Positions 48,301 to 60,993 of a stretch of 64,000 nucleotides of DNA are shown here, in pieces (positions within the stretch are counted from its first letter, which is position 1; every line of letters begins with the position of its first letter). The stretch is from Bugula neritina (taxonomy: Eukaryota > Animalia > Bryozoa): the NCBI GenBank assembly GCA_964035545.1, contig OZ037769.1, forward strand, positions 992,001-1,056,000. The letters are read 5' to 3'. Under the pieces are notes generated by a model. It was given only the letters and a program-made list of their open reading frames with translations, did not search any database and had not been told where the DNA came from. The position numbers were made by a program, and so were the translations under genes.

Positions 48301-51300
48301 ACCCCCTCTCCACCCCCTCTCCACCCCCTCTCCACCCCCTCCTCTCTCACCAGCTTCGGTTCTGTAATACTGAGCCTTTGAAGTGATGTCAGTTGGGGAT
48401 TGTTTTCCCCTTTCAGTCTGTATTCCCTTTCACATTAGTTGCTGCACTCTGTAGGCGTTCCACTCTATAGCCAAGTGTGTGGCTGCTCTAGCTTTAGCTC
48501 ACGACGCTGACCAGGTGGTGGAGGAGTTCCTAGCCAAACTCAGCGGCGGCAGACAGTCTGAGTCTATCCAACTTTTCTTCCTCCTCTCTCTGGGGGAGAT
48601 CGGCAGACGTAAGGACTTGAGTGCACACAGTCAGTTAGAACGTGAGTTACTATTTTGTCTAATAGTCCCACCCCACCTGGTAATATCATCTACTTTACTT
48701 ACTTTGGTTACTTATTTACTCTTTATGTGTTTACTCTGTATGTATCTACTCTGTATGTATCTACTCTATGTATCTACTCTGTATGTGTACATGTATCTAC
48801 TCTGTATATTGTATCAAGGCAAACAGGTGATTTTCTTGTAAAAGCTGTTGGTGTATAATATATCATTCTGTTGAAAGTAAAACTTCAATCTGTTGAAAGT
48901 AAAACTTCAATCTGTTGAAAGTGAAAGTATAAAATAAATGGAGCAACATTGCATTTACTTCTACCACATCTATTCGTACAATCACACGTCTGTGTTTGGT
49001 TTACATACGTCACATATGTTTTAGCTGTCATTCTCGGTGCCTTCTCGTCCCCCAATGAGGACATAAAGACAGCAGCGTCGTCAGCCTTAGGTGCTGTAGC
49101 TGTAGGAAACCTGACTAAGTACCTGCCATTCGTCCTGCGAGAGATTGGTTCTCAGACTAGGAGACAGTATCTTCTGTTGCACTCTCTCAAGGTAGGTGCA
49201 GCCAATCAGCTGCCAGTATATCTCTCTTCAGCCAATCAGCTGCCAGTATATCTCTCCTCAGCCAATCAGCTGCCAGTATATCTTTCCTCAGCCAATCAGC
49301 TGCCAGTATATCTCTCTTCAGCCAATCAGCTGCCAGTATATCTCCCTTCAGCCAATCAGCTGCCAGTATTTCTCCCTTCAGTTAATCAGCTAGCATGTTA
49401 CATACACTTCAGGAGATCATATCCTGTGAGTCGAACTCGCAGCTGATAGAGACGTTCCGACCTCACATCACCGAAATCTGGCAGATGCTCATGTCTCACT
49501 CCGAGTGTCAGGAGGAAGGCACGAGGAATGTCGTCGCAGAATGTCTCGGCAAACTGACCCTTCTTCAGCCCGACCCTCTTCTAGGCTACCTGCAGGACCA
49601 GCTCAGTGAGTTCTACCTGCGTACCTGTATACTCTACTCTGTATACTCACTACTCTGTATACTCACTACTCTGTATACTCTACTCTGTCATACTCTACTC
49701 TGTATACTCTGTATACTCACTCTACTGTATACTCTACTCTGTATACTCTACTCTGTATACTCTACTCTGTATACTCTACTCTGTGTACTCACTACTCTGT
49801 ATACTCTACCTGTATACTCTACTCTGTATACTCTGTATACTCTACTCTGTATACTCTGTATACTCTACTCTGTATACTCTACTCTGTGTACTCACTACTC
49901 TGTATACTCTACTCTGTGTACTCTACTCTGTATACTCACTACTCTGTATACTCACTACTCTGTATACTCTACTCTGTATACTCTACTCTGTATACTCTCT
50001 ACTCTGTATACTCTACTCTGTATACTCTACTCTGTATACTCTACTCTGTGTACTCTACTCTGTATACTCTACTCTGTATACTCTACTCTGTGTACTCAAC
50101 TCTGTATACTTACTACTCTGTATACTCACTACTCTGTATACTCTACTCTGTATACTCTACCCTGTATACTCTACTCTGTATACTCTACTCTGTATACTCT
50201 GTATACTCACCTGTATACTCTACTCACCTGTGTACCTACAGGTTCTCCCTCTCCCCTCACCAAGGCCACAGTCATCACTGCCGTCAAGTTCACCATAACT
50301 GACCAGCCTCAGGCTATAGATGAGATACTTACGGGGGCCATCAACACCTTCCTGTCCTGTCTCAGAGACCCCGACTTGAACGTCAGGAGAGTGGCACTGG
50401 TGAGTTCAGCCTCTCTCTTAGGTGACTACTCTGTATGTCATGTGACTACTCTGTCTGTCATGTGACTACTCTGTCTGTCATGTGACTACTCTGTATGTCA
50501 TGTGACTGCTCTGTCTGTCATGTGACTACTCTGTCTGTCATGTGACTACTCTGTATGTCATGTGACTGCTCTGTCATGTGACTACTCTGTCATGTGACTA
50601 CTCTGTTATGTGACTACTCTGTATGTCATGTGACTACTCTGCACGTCATGTGACAGGTTATGTGACTACTCTGTATGTCATGTGACTACTCTGCACATCA
50701 TGTGACTACTCTGTATGTCATGTGACTACTCTGCACGTCATGTGACTACTCTGTATGTCATGTGACTACTCTCTATGTCATGTGACTACTCTGTATGTCA
50801 TGTGACTACTCTGTACGTCATGTGACTACTCTGCACGTCATGTGACAGGTGATGTTCAACTCTGCGGCGCACAACAAGCCGGGGCTGATCCGTGATCTCC
50901 TCACCAGCGTTCTCCCTCTCCTCTACAAGGAAACCAAAGTCAGGAAAGACCTCATCCGGGAAGTGGAAATGGGACCTTTCAAGCACACGGTAGACGACGG
51001 CCTTGACCTCAGGAAGGTGAGATAACTCCCGTCTCTGTCATACGCAGCGCGACTGAGTGTAGCGTGCTGTATGTACACTACACTATGCTGTATGTACACT
51101 ACACTGTGTTGTATGTATGTATGTACACTACACTGTGCTGTATGTACACTACACTGTGCTGTATGTACACTACACTATGCTGTATGTATGTACGTACACT
51201 ACACTGTGCTGTATGTACACTACACTGTACTGTATGTACACTACACTATGCTGTATGTACACTACACTATGCTGTACGTACACTACACTGTGCTGTATGT

Positions 51301-52177
51301 ACACTACACTGTGCTGTATGTACACTACACTGTGCTGTATGTACACTACACTGTACTGTATGTACACTACACTATGCTGTATGTACACTACACTATGCTG
51401 TACGTACACTACACTGTACTGTATGTATGTATGTACACTACACTGTGCTGTATGTACACTACACTGTACTGTATGTACACTACACTATGCTGTATGTACA
51501 CTACACTATGCTGTACGTACACTACACTGTACTGTATGTACACTACACTGTGCTGTATGTATGTGTGTAGGCTGCCTTCGAGTGTATGTACACACTGCTA
51601 GACTCGTGTCTGGACAGAGTTGATATCTTTGAGTTTCTGAATCACGTGGAGGAGGGCCTGTCAGACCACTACGACGTGAAGATGTTGACGTATCTTATGG
51701 TGGTGCGTCTAGCTAACCTCTCGCCTGGACCAGTCCTTCAGAGTAAGAACTCAGTCTATTTCTCTCTCCATATTATGTAATGTAGTATGTAATATGTACT
51801 ATAATATATATTGTAATGTAACATAATATATAATATAATATATAATATAATATACTATATAATAACATATAATATACTATATTCTCACACAAGGAGTGGA
51901 GAGGCTGGTAGTCCCCATCAAGAAGACGTGCGACACTAAAGTCAGGACAAACTCGGTGAAGCAGGAATTTGAGAAACACGATGAGTTGAAGCGTTCCGCC
52001 CTGCGAGCCATCATCGCCCTGCAGGGGGTCCCCGGGGCCGAGAAGAACCAGCAGCTGAGTGACTTTATCTCGCAGATCAAGTCGTCACATGACATGTCCG
52101 TGTTGTACAGCAGCGTACAGAAGGACGGAGGCAGCAGCTTGTCTGGCAGCGGGGAACCTCGTCTCATGGAGTTCTAG
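42400..52177 (+). CDS. CAND1: Cullin-associated NEDD8-dissociated protein 1 (HEAT repeats), ~22 exons
   Basis: [98 protein letters not shown] and [14 protein letters not shown]. Confidence 0.98.
44781..45016 (+). repeat. 14-bp TCACTTCTCTGCAG array making up a CAND1 intron; every unit resembles an acceptor
   Basis: About 10 near-perfect units, then degenerate units up to the real acceptor at 45016. Confidence 0.95.
45132..45685 (+). repeat. 14-bp satellite (GTATACAGAGTAGA)n
   Basis: About 40 units; reverse complement of the array at 49625-50225. Confidence 0.97.
46370..46500 (+). repeat. 68-bp tandem duplication of a CAND1 exon 3' end plus donor
   Basis: ATACCTAACCA...CTGGGG|GTACGTCT occurs at 46370 and 46438. 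Confidence 0.95.
47235..47565. repeat. 21-bp minisatellite (CCCACAATGCACTACTGTGTA-type)
   Basis: Direct tandem array in a CAND1 intron. Confidence 0.96.
49198..49392. repeat. 30-bp minisatellite with CAGCCAATCAGCTG core (~6.5 copies)
   Basis: Fills almost the whole CAND1 intron 49192-49412. Confidence 0.96.
49625..50225 (+). repeat. 14-bp satellite (TCTACTCTGTATAC)n
   Basis: Reverse complement of the array at 45132-45685. Confidence 0.96.
50423..50850. repeat. 20-bp minisatellite (GTCATGTGACTACTCTGTAT, ~21 copies)
   Basis: Runs into the acceptor TGACAG|GT at 50848; a decoy copy lies at ~50656. Confidence 0.96.
51065..51560. repeat. 21-bp minisatellite (TGCTGTATGTACACTACACTG)
   Basis: Direct tandem array; explains ORFs 51064-51623. 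Confidence 0.96.
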
Positions 52178-54207
52178 AAACTTCTGACAGTGTAGTTGAA
52201 GTTGTCCACCCACTCTCTCTCTGCCTTGTTTGTATTCAATAAGTGACTATATTGCAGTCAGTATAATGTGTAGGTGGGCAGCTTAGTATAGTCTCTCTCA
52301 CAGTCTCTCCTTCATGCTATAATATATATAATAATTATGATGCATCTAATATGCACATACGACAGTCTATCAGCTTTCATTGTTTGAAAATAAAGCCTAC
52401 TATCACCATTAGTAATGTCAACTAGTAGATATGTATGCCAAGTACTGAAATAAACAAGCTGATCAATAAACATTTAGTGGTACTTTCAACAGGTGTTTCC
52501 GTCACTTGCCGTTTCTATGAGGTACAAAATAATCTGTTTGCTCTACAATAACTAATGCGATGCTATATAATATAATATGATTTAAAATATGACACATTAA
52601 CATTTCTTATGTCGAATTAATCACAATACATTGTACTTTGATTGCTTATACTACACGTTGTACATGCCATGCATAACAAATGAAGTTCAATAATCCTTAT
52701 AATTATGCAGGTCAATTGGGAGTTATCATCTCTTCAAATTATAGTTCGACAATAATTAATGTTTCCGCAAGAGCGAAGTTGTATTCAGAGATACAAAATA
52801 ATACTGAATAATGTATATTATGTATGTGAATATAGCTTGAAATTGTTGGTAAAACAGGCATGGTGTGTTGTATACCAGCAGCTTATTATGGCTTCTAATT
52901 TTGCAAAGTTTCAAGCTGTTAACCTTTTAGTACAATCAAACAATTCTGTACACTATACAACACGTGCTGCATTGCATAGCATATAATACACGAGTTATAT
53001 ATGCAGTAGCGACATAGTAAACACTACAATATGAGGTATAATTCATATCAACACTCCCTTTCTGTTTACAAACAGCTCAGCCAATCACCAGCTCTCTGTT
53101 TACATAACAGCGGCTTATCTTAACCGCAGCTTCTCACCTCAATCTGCTGACTCAGCAGCCGAGAAATCTCGTGTGTTGAAGGCAGGATGGTGGAGAGACA
53201 ACAATTCATCGTACCTCAGTCAGGGAAATAAGACATAATAACATGAAAGAGATACTGTCTTGTTTTTATATTCGCTGGTCAGCTTTAAACTATATTGTTT
53301 TGGGAGAACTTGGTGACAAAACTGATAAGCTGATATTTTGGCTCCATAAAATACAACATGTGCAGACAACTTCATAATAATATCCTAATAATAAACATTT
53401 GTCACATCCTTGGAGTGAACCAAGAAGTGAATTTGAGTCAAGCAAAGCTGCTGAGAGTAACGCATAGCTGGTAGGTTTAGCGCTGCCGTGTCACATCCAT
53501 GAAGAAGTGCCATATCTCTTGTTTCATGGCAGAGTCTATAATAACCAACTCCAAGATTCTTCAAAGCCTCAAAGTAGCTATATGCACAGTTTCCTTGAAT
53601 AGCATGAGTTCTATCAGAGCTTTATAGTATGGTATGTAGGCTAGGGCAATTCCATGCTCCAAACTAAAATATCAAACCAAAATTTACAAATTCAAGCTAA
53701 AGAATTTTTACATCTCTTCACATATTATAATATGCAATATTTACTCCTAGATGTCACAGAAGGCATGTATAACTGGGTCACTGGGGGGGGGGGGGGTGAA
53801 GGGGTTATCATAATATTGCAGCAGGTTGTGGTGGAAAGTTTCATGTGCCAACATAGTCTAGAAATACTACAATCATACAATATACAGAGAGTCATGGTAG
53901 CCCACCCTCATTTGGATGGCTGATGATGATTGGTCACTCAACTACTATATTATTATTATTGGCTGAAAGACTAACAATAAATCATGGAATGTTGAGGCAA
54001 GCAGCACTCAGTTAGCTGTAAAGGATACCATAGGCAGCAGGAATTGGGCAGCAGGAATTGGGCAGCAGGAAAGGCAGCAGTGTACCACTTACTGTGTCAG
54101 CTGCATATACACTGAGGTATGAACTTTATCATTTGGCTTTTTAATATAAAGGAAAAAACACTTACTGGGTCTATTGTAGACGTTACTTGTATTCTAGAAA
54201 GTTCTAT

Positions 54208-54270
54208 TGTAAAATAATTGCCCCCACTTGGGCTCCCAGGCCAGCATACAAACCATTAGGCTACAGGAGT
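54208..54270 (-). mobile_element. Degenerate third copy of the tRNA-related element
   Basis: TGTAAAATAATTGCCCCCAC matches 6528-6548 exactly; AACCATTAGGCTACAGG resembles the 5' end of the other copies. Confidence 0.55.
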
Positions 54271-57065
54271 ATACAGGGTGTATTGTGATCTTACTAATAT
54301 AATAGTTATTGACTGTATTTCTTTTTTCCGTCTTTAATTACTTTGTTTTTCACTACTAATAATTAACTTGTATTTTTAACTTGCGATATTCCATATGTCC
54401 CAAAATCTGAGAAGACAATTTCTGTTTCAGATTTATTTGATACAAGTTAATAATCTTGTTGAATTGTAGTTCAAATGTGTGTATTAGTTATTCATCAATG
54501 AATCTACATAATATCAGACAAGAGGCTTAACTGGGAAGCAATATAAGCTTTAATAAATTAGGTTCTTCCATTACAACTATGGGAATTAAATGAGCTGGAA
54601 TTTACAGCCTAAAGCTCATTAAAATGAGATTACATCATTTCAATGTTGAGTTAGTAAATAACTACACGATGGCTTTAGGCTACCTCCAAGGTAAGCTTGA
54701 TGCTCTTCCTGGCTTCTGGGGATTTGGTTACTAGTCACTAACTTGAAGCTTCTAGAAAGGTCAACCGGGTCAGGCAGCGTGACATCTTATTTATATATAG
54801 TTACAACTAGCAAATTAAAATGTATTACAATAATTGTAGTTTAATTGCTCTTGATGGTTATGGCCTATATATATGGTTAAATTGCTATATGCACACAATG
54901 GAATAGTGTAATTTTTTTAATGAAATTCAACTTTAAGGTTGGTTTTTAAACCAGAAATATAAACAAAGCGTTTATTTCTGGAAGCATATCTGTGATTTAG
55001 CTCACAATGTTTATTTAATATTATACTAACAATAGTAATATGAAGTAAAACACTGAGGTTTGACAGCTGTTAACTACCTGGAGACAGCTGTCAGCTACCT
55101 GCAGACAACTGTCAGCTATGGCAGCAGATAGCTAAGTAATCCATGAAATAATCTTTTAATTTTTGTTGTTAAACTTAAATTTCAACTAATGTAACTGATG
55201 AAGAATATTTTATTTCAAAACCTAACACCTTTAATCAACTAATAACTCATTATTAAAAGTAAGTAGCAATTATTACGTTATTCCCTTTAAGTATTGTATA
55301 ATCTCTGTAAACTGTAAACTATACAAAAATTGGACATCTGAAATAGAGTGTAAGCTATACCCATGACAAAAGGAGCACTCACAGCTCTAGCTGATGTTAA
55401 TTGCCTGTCTTAGCCAATCAAATTATCTGCCTGCTGCCTTAGTTCAGAGTTCGGTTCACAACACATTGTGGCAGGCAGCTATTCTCAAAAGCCCAACAGT
55501 GCATTCACAGCGTCCCTTGGATGCCAAAGTTTTAAAATTAGCCTTTAGTAATATAATAATTAGCTAGCATAAAAATAATAGATAACGTGACAAAAAATAT
55601 TGATTTTTAAAGAATTAAAAGGTAAGGCAGGTGCAAATTAACAAAGAACGTTGAATGCAGACTCTAAAGCAAATTATTTGCTACTGAGCTGTATACTAGG
55701 AGTGCGTGCCAACTATTGCAATTTTATGGTGGCAGTAGATTAACACGCGTAGCACCTCCAGGTATTTTATAAACTCACTTTTATACTAGCTCGTAATTAG
55801 TATTGCTACGGCATATAATTATCTGTGAATGAATACAATAGCTGGAGTGCTGTGTACTATAATTATTGTAAACTTCATTTATTACAGTAGGTTAAAGGCA
55901 TAACTAAGCTATGCTCAAGATAATGCTAGTCTAGTTCAGTTTTGTAATTTAAAAACACTAGAAGTTGACTATAATATAAGGAATAGTTGTACTGCATTTT
56001 CTACTTTACTGATTTGGTTATAATAACTAAATTCGTTCAAGTTGTGTGCCAGGAACTGTTTGGTAAGAATTATTTGTATTCTTCAGATAGTTGTATTCCG
56101 TTATTATAATTACTTTTCCTCCTTACTAGCTTACAATGCTCCATATAAGATAATTAAATACTCCTTAGTCAATGTTTTACGCAACATTTAAAAAAATCAT
56201 GTTCCAGCTGTAAGTTCCAAGAAAGCTGTATCTGTAAGTTAAAGATTGTTGCTATGTATTGCCAATTTTTTGCATGAATTTCAGTTTTGGATGCCAAATG
56301 TTTCCTCATATTAATGTTGGAACACTTGGGTATAAGGGTTGATGACTTCTTGCACTAAAGCTCTACGCTCATACTTGGATTAATAGCACCACTTTTTGTG
56401 TTACAGAATTAATATTGATTTTGATGCTTTTCTATATCCATTTGTGATGTTTCACCAGTTGCAACTTTTAATGATTATTTGCAATTAAAAAATTGCTCGA
56501 AGCATTCTAGGGATAATATTTCACAGACTCATGAGGTCACATGTGAACCAATATTGGATTCTTTTGTTTTTGTTCTCAGCTACTCTTATGTAAGAGATGA
56601 AACTTTATGTAAGTGCTGGCACAAGTTGTAGTAGACAGCAGTCCTTACATGATACAACAGAAAATTATTGCATAATGCTGTTTTGGGCCATGTTTGTGAA
56701 ACTATCCCACATTTTCAAGATTGTAAATATTTAAAAATTAATGAAGTGGCCTTAGAAGGACAGGTGTTATTTTCCTAGACTGTTTTCCTTACATAATTAT
56801 CTAGTTAAATAATGGGACTCTAATAACCTCCCCAAACTACCAGACTACTGCTCACACTAATAACACTAATTTTGAATAATTGTAAATCACAATCCACTCT
56901 ACCCTCAATTATCAATCTGAAGTAAACAAAGCCAGATTCAAATACAAATATTTTCATCTTTTCAATTTCATCTGCTCTTCATTAACAGGTTTGTTAGACA
57001 GAAGGTGCTTTATACTTCACACACAAAAGATATATATAAACAATTCGGAATCACAAACTAGGAAT

Positions 57066-60000
57066 ATGGATTTTGGGGGCTTAGAACTAGCGTCCCTCTC
57101 CGATGAAGATGGGGATTTCCTAGACACAAGGCTAAGTGCTGAATATTCTGCAGATGAAGTTGAGTTGGTGATTAGAGAAGATTGTGATTTAGAGGGTGGC
57201 ATGCAGCAGAACCCAACAGGAAGTTGTTATTTGCAGCCGTCACTCTCCGTAGACACTGGAAAGTATAAACTCAACAAGAACTTTGAGGAAGACAATCTTT
57301 ACAAAGATCAGGACTCTATAAGCATTGAGTTGGACAAACTAGAGGGTGATCCAGAGCTAGTGGTGGATGACGGGGACGGTGTAGCAGAAGCCCCTTCCAA
57401 CAGTGTAGATGTGAGTCTACATAATCAGGTAGTAAGACATCTAAGAGAACAGTTCTTTGCTGACACCGCTGCCGAAGATCTGAGACAGAAAGGGTATCGG
57501 CAGCTAAAGGTACGTGTCACTCAATAAGCAATCAGTTGATGATATATCCATACATTCCGGTATTGCCTTTGTTTCTATTCTACATACACACACACTGCAG
57601 GTTTTAATTATTGTTTAAAAATTGACACTGCACTAAAAAAAAGAATTCACTAGACTTTGATAGCTCCATCAAGCTATGGGAATATACAGAGCCTGTTCTA
57701 GTCTTATTGTTACAGACTTGACATGTCCTTAGATTCTGCAAATCTGCTTGCCTAAGATCTATCTGTCTATCTGCGGAACTCAACCTTCCCCCCTCAACAT
57801 ATTCAATATTCTTCTGAACTTTGTTTTTAAAGCCAAAGCAAGTAGTATATAAGAGAAAAAGGCTAGTCAAGTTTTGTATAGTCAGGTCTGGTAGTCACAG
57901 CTGGCGTTACATTATGTTGTATCAGCTCCACCATCACCGGCTCCCATCACATGAAATCAGCACATATCTTAAACTAACTGATTTCTATGACTAGCTTAAT
58001 CTCAGCACTACATCCTGTTGTCTGTCTGTGCATCCTGTTTACTTCTAATCATAGCTGGAGTTATCTTCCCTAAAGGATGTCTCGTAGCCACTTGCTACCT
58101 AATTAAGGGAAGAGCGATTTTGTTATCACCTTAACTTGTATTCAGGACATTGTTGGTCAGATAGAGCCTTTCGGAAGATGGTATGATGCTGCATTTACAT
58201 CACATCCTGTCATCTCATCTCTTAGCACGCAGCCCTTTAAGAATAGAGCAACTATCTAATGTTTCTTATAATAAGGTTGACTGAAATCTCATCCCAGCAA
58301 ACTATACATGCAGTAATTCAACAAACTTGTTATGTCTAAAGTGATGTTGATTTATTTAAAATGTTTATACTAGCTACTAGCACAGTATAATGGTTTTCAT
58401 GACTCATCACCCTTTACCTAGTGCCACCTTCTATAAGAGACACCTTGCTTATGTTGTCTGTCATCTAGTCTATATGACAGTTTATATGACAAGGCACTGC
58501 TGCAGGGCTATGACACTTGTATAACTTCCTGCAATTAGCTGTCACTTGCAGGTACTTGCAAGCACTTGCAGCCACTTGTTCTACTTCATTATAACTTCCA
58601 TTCAAGAACTACTCTAGAGTTGTGGACTAACATTCTTCGATGTATATTACTAACATAAATTAGTTTAGTATACTATAAGATGCTTTATAAACCTTGTATT
58701 TTGTATGTTTATTAGTGGTGTATCGCATAGGCACCATTTATCATAGTTATTTCGGTATTAGTTGGGATTAGTGAATTTCTACAGAGCACTTTCGGTGTGT
58801 ACAGTCAACTTTTTAGTTCAGTACTTAAGCTGCTTGTTTAACTTTACGACATTTATTATTCTAGAGAAGTATGACTGAGAGGGTGGTTAGGAAGCCGTCC
58901 CGAGATAACTCTGCAGATAGTGGGCTATCTAGCCCAGGCTCCAACAGTGAAATGCAGATTGGAACTGACAACGGCTTTGAGAGAAAACTAACTCGACACA
59001 TGAGCATGAGCAGAGATCGGGCTGGGTTCCGCTCGAGTAAGCGCTACAGCAGCATTTGCGACTTGCAGGACGAGGCGCAGACGGTGCAGAGTCTCGTCTC
59101 AGACTTGACCTCCACCGGCACGATGCGGAGACGGAGAACGGCGTCTGCTGGTCTGAGTATCGCTGCGAGGAAGCAGTTGGCTAAAGAGTCGATCAGCAGC
59201 TACACGCCGGTAGCGCCTTCCGAGTCTGTTTGGGGACAAAAGTTTGATGACATGATGGCTAGACTGAGAGGAAGTAGATTGTCAGCAGACGTACAAGATA
59301 ATTGTGCTGACAAAGACTGTACGATGTCTACACTGAGTGAACGGGATGAGGATCCTGAATCCACTACTCAAACAAACACCAGCATTTGTCCTGAGATAAC
59401 ACCACAACAGGCACTCCAACTTGTAGACATCAATGGACATGGGATGACAATTCATAACTCTATGAGTGACTCAAATAATAAAACTGACACAACCGAACTG
59501 TTGAACACTGATACAGCCGAACTGTTGAACACCGATACAGATAAACTGTTGAACACTGATACAGATGAACTGTTGAACACTAATACAGCAGAACTGTTGA
59601 ACACTGATTCAGATGAACTGTTGAACACTGATACAGCCGAACTGTTGAACACTGACTCCATAAATAACAACACTATAGAGAAATCTTCTCCAGAAGACTA
59701 TGAGCTCTCCAACAGTTTGAAGGATATCATCACATTCTCTGAGGATAGTTACCCAGGAGTTGTTGAAGAGGAAGTTATAGACCAACACCAGACGTTGCTC
59801 TGCCACCAGCCAATAGCTCAGAGTGTTGAAATAATTCGAAAGACTGATGAAGTAGACTATTTTGATAAAGACAGAATGTGCCGGTCTATGACAACTGATG
59901 GGTTAGACAGCGAATTCAAATCTTCTCAGCTAAAGAACCTTCTGAGAAGTATATCCTTCCACCGCCCAGATCTTTCTACCTACGATGTGTCAACACACAG

Positions 60001-60993
60001 ACTACGGCGAACAGATAGCAGTAAGTAACTAGGAAAGACAACTCCATGTAAAATTATCTATCATGTTGAATTAAAGTTGTATCTATCAGTCAGTCCTAGA
60101 AATAGTTTCACTTCAAGACATCTCAAATGATGGTAAGACCAGCTGAACCTAAAACTAAATCAAACAGACTCCTTTCACTGTCTCTCAGTTTATTCCCATA
60201 CAATGTAGTGGCTCTATTAACAAAGCTGAAATAACTAGCAATGTTTTGGCAGGGGCTGTCACAGTCAGCTATAGTTTTTCGTTTACACATTCCACTGTTG
60301 CTTGTTTATATAAACACTAGCCATCTTGTAGTAGAGTCATGTGTGCTAAAATAACTCTCTATACTAATACCTGCCAGAGAGTTCATTGAAAAGCACTCAA
60401 TTAGATTTATATTAGACTTTAGAGTTTGGCCTGTTGATGACTAGCTGTAGCCACACTCCTCACAGTGATATATAATTCATTCCAAACCTCCTTGGGAGAA
60501 ATGAACTTTACAGGCTATTTATTGACATGATGGGTGAGGTATAGACCCACCCTGTTTAAATAATGAAAGTCATACGCTAAAGCCAAAAATTTTGGCTACT
60601 GTTTTAATTGATTTCCACCTATTTGTGTCCACCCTGTATTCTCCTTTCTTTTCTCAAGTTGAAGTATTGATATTTCTTTAATAAATTTATCAAATGATTT
60701 TAGAGTTTCGGAGTTTAAAAATAGGAATTTACACAAATTTATGTCATGTTATACTTTAGTAGCCTTAATAACTCTTCAAGCTAACTTAATGTCAAGATGT
60801 AAATCATATTGTTTCAGATAATGATGTCTGGGTAGAGAGAGTGGAGCAGAAGAAGGCACCAACAAAAGATGGCCATGTTTCACTGACTAGTTCCAACCCT
60901 AAGAGTTCTGCCAGATCATCTTGGAGAAAGTTTTCCAGAGTTTTCTCTTTCAATAAGAAAACTAAGGTCTCCGGAAAACAGAAATTAACTTGA
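57066..60993 (+). CDS. Uncharacterised acidic, Ser-rich, probably disordered protein, ~591 aa (exons 57066-57509, 58865-60020, 60818-60993)
   Basis: Long non-repetitive ORFs joined by phase-compatible GT-AG sites. An acceptor at ~56988 implies an upstream non-coding exon. No family recognised. Confidence 0.75.
59490..59660 (+). repeat. Coding 24-bp repeat (ELLNTDTA/D x7)
   Basis: In frame within ORF 58871-60028. Confidence 0.93.

Noticed and set aside
53060-53230. Candidate promoter (TGTTTAC x2, AGCCAATCA) and short ORF for the gene at 57066
   Set aside because: Plausible, but cannot be linked to the downstream acceptor from sequence alone
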